Source: Bellilinea caldifistulae
GTDB taxonomy: Bacteria; Chloroflexota; Anaerolineae; Anaerolineales; Anaerolineaceae
Assembly: GCF_001306055.1 (NCBI RefSeq)
Contig: NZ_LGHJ01000017.1
Location: 240,001-272,000, forward strand
Length of the DNA: 32,000 nucleotides
Reading direction: 5' to 3'
Position 1 is the first letter of the stretch; each line of letters opens with the position of its first letter. This document shows positions 25,669 to 32,000 of this stretch, piece by piece. The notes below the pieces were generated by a model that saw only the letters and a program-made list of their open reading frames with translations, had not been told where the DNA came from and made no database searches. Made by a program: the position numbers and the translations under genes.

Positions 25669-26133
25669 TTAATTATTTGTGTATTGTACTGATCTAAAAT
25701 TACATCCATAGACCGACTGCTTCCCCACCATAGTCCAGGATAATCTTTCAATCGTATTCCACCAAATGCCAGGCATTTCATACCACTTAGCATTTGCGAC
25801 TTCCTTAGGGATATCTGGATCTGGGGCGGTGCCTCGCGCAAGAGCTCCATCCGGATGGATACCAACCTCCGTATAAACAAATGAATAAATTGGACCCAGG
25901 GTGGCTAAAGATAACATCATACCCCACCCGCACCGGGAAGGTTCTGCCGTTTTTGCGGCATCAATCCGATCAGCAACGAATTCAAAGTAAGTCATCCCCT
26001 TCGGAGCTTCAGGAACCTGCATAGGCTGGTTTCCCTTGTAGGCAACGAATAAAATACTGGAGCAAATCGCCAGGATGACAGTAGTTTTGACAACCCATCC
26101 AATCAACTTAAGAATAACTACGATGAATTTCAT
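25669..26133 (-). CDS. membrane-anchored hypothetical protein; intact paralogue of the 9835-10355 pseudogene
   Basis: N-terminal TM, then KGNQPMQVPEAPKGMTYFEFVADR...WWNTIERLSW. AAGGAGAA RBS. Lies 7 nt downstream of the RHH gene. Confidence 0.65.
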   Translation of the reverse strand: MKFIVVILKLIGWVVKTTVILAICSSILFVAYKGNQPMQVPEAPKGMTYFEFVADRIDAAKTAEPSRCGWGMMLSLATLGPIYSFVYTEVGIHPDGALARGTAPDPDIPKEVANAKWYEMPGIWWNTIERLSWTMVGKQSVYGCNFRSVQYTNN

Positions 26134-26140
26134 TTTCTCC

Positions 26141-26362
26141 TTAATTCTCTTGATTCATCTGATACTGATCCTCAGGTCGGGCACCTTCTCGTAGGACCCG
26201 GTTATAACGAATCTCCTCGCGATACATTCGATCAAGAGCAACCTCAATCACATCGCTTTCACTCCGTCCCATAACGCTTGCCATCGCTCTTAATTGACTC
26301 ACGCCTTCTGGGCTAATTCGAAAAGATCGTACTGGTTTTTTCGCGGAATTTGTTTTCGGCAT
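26141..26362 (-). CDS. ribbon-helix-helix (CopG-like) DNA-binding protein
   Basis: VRSFRISPEGVSQLRAMASVMGRSESDVIEVALDRMY shows the beta-strand, helix, helix pattern of RHH proteins. Confidence 0.65.
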   Translation of the reverse strand: MPKTNSAKKPVRSFRISPEGVSQLRAMASVMGRSESDVIEVALDRMYREEIRYNRVLREGARPEDQYQMNQEN

Positions 26363-26393
26363 GCTCGTTTTCCTTATCGGTTAGTTTATCTAT

Positions 26394-26422
26394 AATGTAA
26401 TACTCTAGTATTTCTTTGTCAA
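26394..26422 (-). promoter_or_regulatory. promoter of the RHH gene with an operator palindrome in the spacer
   Basis: On the minus strand: TTGACA (plus-strand coordinates 26417-26422), a 17 nt spacer, then TACATT (26394-26399). The 14 bp palindrome AATACTCTAGTATT (26399-26412) occupies the spacer. Confidence 0.55.
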
Positions 26423-26516
26423 GTTAATTTCCACTTTTTTCCTAATTTCGTCAAATATGTCCCCCTAGGATAGGTGCTTTCTTCTTGCTATGATTAGAGT
26501 CACAACCAAATATCTG

Positions 26517-26640
26517 TTCGGTCGCTGATAATCATCAGCTGTTCCAAAGAATCCTTGGAGCGACCATCAGCTTCTTCCCTATCTACACAACTTACGTGCG
26601 TGTAAATATGCGTTGAGATCTAGATGGTCGCTTTTGTTTT
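26517..26640 (+). promoter_or_regulatory. structured leader with mutually exclusive helices and a terminator-like end (candidate attenuator or riboregulator)
   Basis: GGTCGCT (26520-26526) pairs with AGCGACC (26559-26565). AGCGACCATC (26559-26568) pairs perfectly with GATGGTCGCT (26623-26632), which is followed by TTTGTTTT. GCTGAT (26524-26529) can pair with either ATCAGC at 26534-26539 or ATCAGC at 26566-26571. Confidence 0.4.
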
Positions 26641-26680
26641 AACTTACTTTCGAACCCGTTAACCGGAAAAGGAGAAAAAA

Positions 26681-27241
26681 TTGAAAGAAATTCCAGTCTC
26701 AAAACGTAATCTGATCATTGCCGTCATCTTGGCAGTTGTCGTTGCTTTAGGTATCCTGGTGATCGAAAACTGGCCACTTCATACGGAGCAAGGTTCAGCA
26801 GCAGCAACCAACGAAGATCGTCTGGTTTCTACTGCAGCGGTCAATGCTATCGAGCAGGTCTTCCAGGTGAACTATCAGGAAGGAAAAGAAGCCTGGCTTG
26901 AGCGTATCTGCGAGGTAAGCACTCCCGCTGGATGTGAGCTGTTTTCGGCCGGCGCAGACCGTATGTGGGAAAAATACGTGGATGCCAAATCTGTGGTCAC
27001 AGCTGCCTCTCAGGCAGCAGAAAAAGTAGCAGACAATGGTTTTGAGCAAGTCTGGAAGATGACCATCACGCTATCTTCTCCCCTACCAGGCAGCAATAAA
27101 ACCCAGGATACAGCATATGTTGTTCTCGCGAAAACAGAAAGTGGTTGGAAGTTTGATCGTTTCCTGATGGAAGAAGAAATCAATGCCATTCTCGCTCGGG
27201 GAAAAACTCCCACCACAACTGTAGAAGAAGGAAAGAAGTAG
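26681..27241 (+). CDS. membrane-anchored protein with a possible NTF2-like ectodomain (cassette gene 1)
   Basis: TTG start with an AGGAG RBS. TM segment LIIAVILAVVVALGILVI, then AAVNAIEQVFQVNYQEGKEAWLERICEVSTPAG...AYVVLAKTESGWKFDRF. This is reminiscent of SnoaL/TcpC/VirB8-like folds, by pattern only. Confidence 0.6.
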   Translation: MKEIPVSKRNLIIAVILAVVVALGILVIENWPLHTEQGSAAATNEDRLVSTAAVNAIEQVFQVNYQEGKEAWLERICEVSTPAGCELFSAGADRMWEKYVDAKSVVTAASQAAEKVADNGFEQVWKMTITLSSPLPGSNKTQDTAYVVLAKTESGWKFDRFLMEEEINAILARGKTPTTTVEEGKK

Positions 27242-28533
27242 TGAAAAGAATCTTCCTGATCATTGTCGTTATGACCTTGCTCATACCATCTGCTGTTTAT
27301 GCTCAGGGCACTGATCCCTGGTCAGAAGTTTTTCAGCCGGATGGAAATCTGAATCCTGATTTGATTGATCTGGGAGTTACCACAGATCACCCCGATTGGA
27401 TGTCAATTGAACTGCCTTTTGGCCAGTCCATTGATCTTGATGCTAATTATCACCGCTATCAAACGCCTAGCGGGAATATCGTCGTCTTACCCTCTGCCTC
27501 GACGTTATTTTTTATGGCCATGAACTCCCAAGAAAGCGGTTTGACCGGCTCTTATGGATCACTGGGAAATGGTTACGGCAGCCTGATCTCTTTTCTTGGG
27601 CTTGTTGCCGGCGATAATCTGGATTGGAGCAAGGTACAGGCGGAACATCCAGAGTACACCAGCCCGGATCAATTCTGGGGAGCGGTTCTCAATGGGCAGC
27701 AAGATGTATGGACCTATTTCTCCGGGTGGGGATTCATCACAACCCTGCTTCAAATGACTTGGAATGATGGCGCTCTTCGCTCATTGTATTTGTTGTATCT
27801 GAATGGTTCACAAAACTGTGCGGCCATTCCAGGGGGGTGCTCGGGAATTGTCACCCCACCTCCTCCCCCAAGGGAGTGTCCTGATCCAACGGTTTCTATA
27901 CAACAACCTGTCCTCGTTATTCAAAAAACTGCGCCGAACAATCCCCTGGTTGTGGGACAAGATACCGAAAATCGCCGCGGTGCAGATATCCAGGTCAGGG
28001 TGACAGTTCCTCCAGTGATCTTCACCTGGTATGAGCCGATTTATGAAGAAAGAGATGTTTGCCGCTCAGCCAGTTCCGGAGAAACCGCCAATTGTAATAC
28101 CGGAGCTGGATCAGCTATGAATGATGGTGTTTCAGATACAGAAATGGTATTCAAGGAATGCCGGACACATGTAGAACATCTACCGGATGCGGTAGCATCA
28201 CTGCAAGCTACTGCAGCATTGGATGGTGCCAGCCAGGATTGGATCACAGGTAGATTAGGGCAAACCCATTATGAAGCCTTCGTCCACCAGGCAAATTTCA
28301 CCCTGATTCCCGGAATTGGTTCATGGACAGGCGGATGTGATGGCGGCGGCACCTGCACTGCTACTGGCCAGGCACTCCGTGTTCCATTTGCAGATCCAGG
28401 AACCTTCAACTTGCGAATGGACGTAGTGACCACGGGGACTCGCTTCCGCGGAGTTCCAATCACCCAACCGAGGCGAGTAGGGATTGATGGAACGATGCAA
28501 GTATATGTGGCTCTTCCGGCGCTGGTGCCTTAA
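27241..28533 (+). CDS. secreted Cys-containing two-domain protein with a poly-Pro linker (cassette gene 2)
   Basis: GTG start overlapping the upstream stop. Signal peptide MKRIFLIIVVMTLLIPSAVYAQG. Internal linker TPPPPPREC. No known domain recognised. Confidence 0.65.
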   Translation: MKRIFLIIVVMTLLIPSAVYAQGTDPWSEVFQPDGNLNPDLIDLGVTTDHPDWMSIELPFGQSIDLDANYHRYQTPSGNIVVLPSASTLFFMAMNSQESGLTGSYGSLGNGYGSLISFLGLVAGDNLDWSKVQAEHPEYTSPDQFWGAVLNGQQDVWTYFSGWGFITTLLQMTWNDGALRSLYLLYLNGSQNCAAIPGGCSGIVTPPPPPRECPDPTVSIQQPVLVIQKTAPNNPLVVGQDTENRRGADIQVRVTVPPVIFTWYEPIYEERDVCRSASSGETANCNTGAGSAMNDGVSDTEMVFKECRTHVEHLPDAVASLQATAALDGASQDWITGRLGQTHYEAFVHQANFTLIPGIGSWTGGCDGGGTCTATGQALRVPFADPGTFNLRMDVVTTGTRFRGVPITQPRRVGIDGTMQVYVALPALVP

Positions 28534-28542
28534 AAGGTCAAA

Positions 28543-28662
28543 GTGCAGATTTTATCGATTGCGGTCGGTGTGTTGCTGACAGTCGTCCTGGGTTTCATGG
28601 CCGTCATCTATTTACTACTGGTGATTGGGTTGTGGTGTCCACGAAACGATTATGACAAGTAA
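28543..28662 (+). CDS. 39 aa single-TM peptide (cassette gene 3)
   Basis: GTG start. VQILSIAVGVLLTVVLGFMAVIYLLLVIGLWCPRNDYDK. It fills the gap between genes 2 and 4, and its stop overlaps the AGGAGG RBS of gene 4. Too short to appear in the ORF track. Confidence 0.4.
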   Translation: MQILSIAVGVLLTVVLGFMAVIYLLLVIGLWCPRNDYDK

Positions 28663-28676
28663 GGAGGCATTGGTTC

Positions 28677-29360
28677 ATGACAGATTATTTTGTCGTCTTT
28701 GGAGATTTTCTCACTGCTCTGCCTACTTACCTGTTGAACGGCGTCCTCGCAACCGTTTACTGGCTTGGCGAATCTGGAGCTGCTCTAGTAAGTATTCTTT
28801 GCGCAGGGTTGATCATCCGTTTCGTGGATCAACGTGTGCAATCCAGAGCAGCTTTCCGACCAGGACGAAGTGGGCGGGAGGCTGCTACTCCGGATTTATA
28901 CACAGCTCAAATCACAACGGCGATTATTCTGGTGCTTTGGGTAATCAGCCAATGGGGGATGGGAGCACCGGTTCCCTGGCTGGGTGCAGCAATGTGGATC
29001 GCTGGCACAGTCATCCTTTTACTGGTGCACATGCAGGAACATACCCTTTTGTGGAATATGAAATCGGGAATTGCGATTTATTCCCTGGCCGTCATCGGAA
29101 GCCGGCTCTACCTGGCATACACCGCTCAATTATCAGCAGATCAATGGGCTGCACTGATAGGGACATCTGAAAGCGCATCAGCAGTGATTGCGAATACACG
29201 CGGAAATGTAACTACGATTATTCTTTGGGCTTTATGGTTGGTGATCCCGTTAGGTTATTTTGCCATGTTGCTGCAGCAAGTTCTGATCAATCCGATGTCG
29301 TTGGTCAATCCATTGGCAGGCGCCAGCGAGTTGATCAATCGCTATCGAACCAGAAGATAG
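28677..29360 (+). CDS. polytopic membrane protein (cassette gene 4)
   Basis: Strong AGGAGG RBS. 227 aa with about 6 hydrophobic segments. Confidence 0.7.
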   Translation: MTDYFVVFGDFLTALPTYLLNGVLATVYWLGESGAALVSILCAGLIIRFVDQRVQSRAAFRPGRSGREAATPDLYTAQITTAIILVLWVISQWGMGAPVPWLGAAMWIAGTVILLLVHMQEHTLLWNMKSGIAIYSLAVIGSRLYLAYTAQLSADQWAALIGTSESASAVIANTRGNVTTIILWALWLVIPLGYFAMLLQQVLINPMSLVNPLAGASELINRYRTRR

Positions 29361-29512
29361 GGTGATAGATGAAACCAGCACACAAAATCGTGGGCTTGCT
29401 TGATTTATCCCAAAGGGACGCTTCGCGTACTCAACCTTTTTAGGTGAGAGTCTTATGAACGTCGGAAATTCTTGATTAACGCCAGATTCTATTTCAACGA
29501 TTGGAGGTCAAT

Positions 29513-29866
29513 ATGTCACAACTGATGGATTTGCTGCGCGGACCTGCTTTAGGCGTGATTGTCATGATCATCCTGATGGCAGGCGTTCTCATCATCACTG
29601 CATTTGCGGCGCTGATTGCCCAGATGAGTCTCTTGTTCCGGCTTCGACCTTGGAATACTTCCGAAAAGAGAAGTGAAAAAGGGAATGAAGGTTACCCACA
29701 AGAAACATTTGAGCAACGTTCCGCAACTCGTGAAGGCCAGCGAGCATCATCTCCCCATCGCCAGAGTTCACCATCGGAACATCCCCGCAGGGGACAGGTG
29801 GTGGTTGTCGAACCAAATACGAATGAGGTGGTTGATGCAATCTGGTGGGAAACAGTGAAGCAATAG
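29513..29866 (+). CDS. bitopic membrane protein with a disordered basic/Ser-rich tail (cassette gene 5)
   Basis: GGAGG RBS 5 nt before the ATG at 29513. TM segment ALGVIVMIILMAGVLIITAFAALIA, then a tail rich in E, K, R, S and P. Confidence 0.6.
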   Translation: MSQLMDLLRGPALGVIVMIILMAGVLIITAFAALIAQMSLLFRLRPWNTSEKRSEKGNEGYPQETFEQRSATREGQRASSPHRQSSPSEHPRRGQVVVVEPNTNEVVDAIWWETVKQ

Positions 29867-29904
29867 CAATCCAGGGCTTCTCTTGCGCAAGTAAGAGCAG
29901 CCTC

Positions 29905-31212
29905 ATGAATTTACCAGCTGGTCAAGTTGGCGAATTGATGAGGCAGAACGCCAAGTACGGAGAAAAGAGAACGATGATTATTGGAAAACTGACCGAAAAA
30001 ATACCCTGGCTGAGAACGAAGGACTCTCTATCCATTCCAAATGACCTGGAAGTGGAAGGCACAGAGCTACATTTCAACGACCGAAATGAGCTGGACTATC
30101 TGGTCTTTCGTGTCAAAGAGCGGGAAGGCCCGCGGGAATATCAGGGATACCGGGCGGTCCGGCTGCTGCAATTACGCTACATCTCTCTGGAAGCTCGCCG
30201 GGATGCCGGGCTGCTACAAAAGATGCTTACGGTCTCGCGTGGTTTGTATGGCGCTCAAGTGGATCTGGTTTATCTGGCTGCCGGCGTTTTTAAGAACCCC
30301 AATGTTGGAATTGTTCAATGCTATGGAGTCGCTGCGTTTTCGCCAAAGAAAGATGAAGCTATCCAGCGTTCTTTACGTGATCTGTCTGCCTTACGAGCCG
30401 GATTGGTGGGTGCTTACCGTCAAATCCGCCTTGAACCACTTTCAACTGAAGTGGCTCAATGGTTAGCGCGTGCTCTGGAGCAGATGCCTTATGCCATTGT
30501 GGCTGTCGGGCATCCAGATCCACGTGAAAACGCCCACGGGGGTGATTCTTCGATGCGTGACCCATTAGTGTCTGGAAGTCAGGGTGCACAACAATATTCC
30601 ATTCAACAGAGTGAACTGCTCTTTCGCGGTATGAGCAGCCTGAAAGAAGAATTCTTGTTGATGCTGCTCACAAATCATGTTCGTCTTGAAGATATTACTC
30701 GAATGTTGGCCGGTATGTTGGAAGACACCTCCGTTTACGCTTCCCGTCAGTTGGGAACCCGGGCTGTTTCGTTTGGAATCAGCCCGCCGGCCATTTTGAC
30801 TGGGGGACTTGCTGAAAACGCATCCAGGTCTTATGGCACAAACCATTCGAGCGGCGTCACCCAGGGTGAAGCTGCCACAGATGGCGTCGCAAATTCAGAA
30901 GGCCAGGCGCACACCACGGGTCATGCCAGCACTCGCGGTTGGGCGCACACGGTTGGAATCTCCGAAACCGATACGATTGGTTTATCTTCCACGGTTGGAA
31001 CTGCAGTCAGTCAAGGGACAGCTCATACCGAAGGAACAGCAGTAACCGATGGAACGTCCCACTCAGATTCGTCCGGTGTAGCGAACTCCCATACGGATAG
31101 CTCTTCCTATGGCGTGAATGGCGGTGTGAGTGGGAGCATTGCTCCGGCCGGCGTAGGTTTATCGGCTAACGTGTTAGCATATGGCAACCGGCCAGCCGGG
31201 GCACCCTGCTGA
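29905..31212 (+). CDS. soluble protein with an unknown roughly 310 aa N-terminal domain and a T-x-G-x-A-x hexapeptide-repeat tail; 3' end possibly altered by the IS110 element (cassette gene 6)
   Basis: No TM segment, signal peptide or P-loop. The repeat tail runs from about 30850 to 31140. An alternative GTG start is at 29845. The composition changes just before the stop at 31210-31212. Confidence 0.65.
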   Translation: MNLPAGQVGELMRQNAKYGEKRTMIIGKLTEKIPWLRTKDSLSIPNDLEVEGTELHFNDRNELDYLVFRVKEREGPREYQGYRAVRLLQLRYISLEARRDAGLLQKMLTVSRGLYGAQVDLVYLAAGVFKNPNVGIVQCYGVAAFSPKKDEAIQRSLRDLSALRAGLVGAYRQIRLEPLSTEVAQWLARALEQMPYAIVAVGHPDPRENAHGGDSSMRDPLVSGSQGAQQYSIQQSELLFRGMSSLKEEFLLMLLTNHVRLEDITRMLAGMLEDTSVYASRQLGTRAVSFGISPPAILTGGLAENASRSYGTNHSSGVTQGEAATDGVANSEGQAHTTGHASTRGWAHTVGISETDTIGLSSTVGTAVSQGTAHTEGTAVTDGTSHSDSSGVANSHTDSSSYGVNGGVSGSIAPAGVGLSANVLAYGNRPAGAPC

Positions 31213-31506
31213 GTGCGGGGCGCCTTTCGCATTCCAGGTTTTAGGGGTAGTACCCCTGGTGGTTGAGTGAACGGGGACGCTGCCCCCGGGTGCGTGGCGT
31301 TTGGGCAGGCCGTCTTCGCGTATGGGAAGTCCTTGGACATGCCCGCTCTCGCGTTTGGCCGCCCGTTCGATTCCGCTCACCTGAGATCGGTCAGGCTACC
31401 ACCCTGATCCAAGCTCGAAACTGTGTGTGATGCCATGCCCAATCTGGAACGCGCCCGGACCGGCTGGCCGGTGCTTGCCAGCACACATCCAAAGGAGGCT
31501 GGACAT
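31213..31506 (+). ncRNA. non-coding left end of the IS110 element; candidate bridge (seek) RNA region
   Basis: About 290 bp without a credible ORF, upstream of the IS110 recombinase gene. Several short GC-rich hairpins are present (AGGGG-TAGTA-CCCCT, CGGGG-ACGCTG-CCCCG, TCAGG-CTACCAC-CCTGA). The assignment rests on family knowledge only. Confidence 0.3.
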
Positions 31507-32000
31507 ATGCTGCCATCTGATTCTACACCAAAGCGCAGCGAAGCTGCGCACCGTTTCGTGGGACTGGACGTCCACAAGCACTACCTGGTGGCCATCGGCA
31601 TCGACCGCCAGGGGACCCAGGTCTTTGGACCTCACCACGTGCCCATCCCCAGGCTGGAAGAGTGGATCGCCAAGCACCTCACCCGTCAGGACGCGGTGGT
31701 ACTGGAGATGACTACCAACACCTGGAAGATGCACGACCTCTTGGCTCCGCACGTGTTTTCGGTGACAGTGGTGCATCCGCCGCACGTGGCGCTGATTGTG
31801 CGCGCCCAGGTCAAGACGGACAAGAAGGCTGCCCTCACCCTGGCGCAGCTCCACGCTGCCGGACTCTTGCCGGGTGTCTGGGTGCCGCCTCAGGAGGTGC
31901 GTGAGCTGCGGGCGCTGGTTGCCCAACGCCACAAGATGGTGCGCCTGGGAGCGACCACCAAGAACCGCCTGCACGCCCTGCTGCATGCCAGGCACATCCA
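31507..32000 (+). CDS. IS110-family transposase (DEDD recombinase), N-terminal part, open at the window end
   Basis: AAAGGAGG RBS. MLPSDSTPKRSEAAHRFVGLDVHKHYLVAIGIDRQG...AVVLEMTTNTWKMHDLL...VVHPPHVALIVRAQVKTDKKAALTLAQL...VRELRALVAQRHKMV. It is absent from the ORF track because no stop falls inside the window. Confidence 0.85.
   Translation, partial: MLPSDSTPKRSEAAHRFVGLDVHKHYLVAIGIDRQGTQVFGPHHVPIPRLEEWIAKHLTRQDAVVLEMTTNTWKMHDLLAPHVFSVTVVHPPHVALIVRAQVKTDKKAALTLAQLHAAGLLPGVWVPPQEVRELRALVAQRHKMVRLGATTKNRLHALLHARHI

Larger units (their letters stand above)
31190..32000 (+). mobile_element. IS110-family insertion sequence, partial (runs off the window); left boundary approximate
   Basis: Abrupt rise in GC from about 31185. 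A roughly 300 bp non-coding stretch precedes an IS110-type DEDD transposase ORF. Confidence 0.65.

Noticed and set aside
25212-25880. 222 aa minus-strand ORF spanning the convergent intergenic region
   Set aside because: It overlaps the 3' end of the P-loop gene by about 195 nt and the 3' end of the 25669-26133 gene. There is no RBS or motif. At most it is a gene remnant in 25407-25668.
29369-29443. 24-codon ORF (MKPAHKIVGLLDLSQRDASRTQPF) in the gap between cassette genes 4 and 5
   Set aside because: It is too short, has only a weak RBS and no hydrophobic or other recognisable feature. It cannot be supported from the sequence alone.
31345-31385. tRNA-like GTTCGATTCC T-loop motif (possible tRNA gene or integration site)
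   Set aside because: The flanking bases do not form a T-stem (GCCCG against CCGCT), and no acceptor or anticodon arms can be drawn. It lies inside the IS110 non-coding end.
31396-31995. 199 aa minus-strand ORF at the window end
   Set aside because: It is antisense to a clear IS110-family transposase reading frame on the + strand (GLDVHK...VLEMT...).

Overview
Mosaic, mobile-element-rich bacterial accessory region; taxon cannot be determined from the sequence alone. (1) 1-10.36 kb is visibly GC-rich and looks like a plasmid or episome backbone. It carries a ParA plus ribbon-helix-helix (RHH) partition pair followed by a GGAACGTTCC palindrome array. It also has a wHTH gene, a replication-initiator-like gene with an AT-rich palindrome island embedded in frame, and a GxxExxY (PD-(D/E)XK) protein. 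The rest of this block is a C5 cytosine methyltransferase, a wHTH plus nuclease-like ORF and a VapBC toxin-antitoxin pair. (2) A roughly 1 kb IS982-family element (10472-11448) with a frameshifted transposase sits at the compositional boundary. (3) 11.9-25.4 kb is a co-directional block. A MalT/LuxR-type regulator is broken by an in-frame TAA, and a Tat-signal flavodoxin-fold gene by an in-frame TAG. They are followed by membrane proteins, an ABC transporter, a class III aminotransferase, a nucleotidyltransferase, an alpha/beta hydrolase, a nucleoside phosphorylase, a CPBP protease and a P-loop protein. (4) 25.7-31.2 kb is the most interesting part. An RHH regulator with an autoregulated-looking promoter lies divergent to a structured leader and a six-gene cassette of membrane-anchored, secreted and soluble proteins with no function I can recognise. 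The cassette ends in a protein with a degenerate T-x-G-x-A-x hexapeptide repeat tail that abuts (5) a partial IS110-family element with a roughly 300 bp non-coding left end (bridge-RNA type region). Several reading frames are disrupted by three different in-frame stop codons and at least three frame changes, which suggests gene decay or assembly error. No rRNA, tRNA or CRISPR array was recognised.
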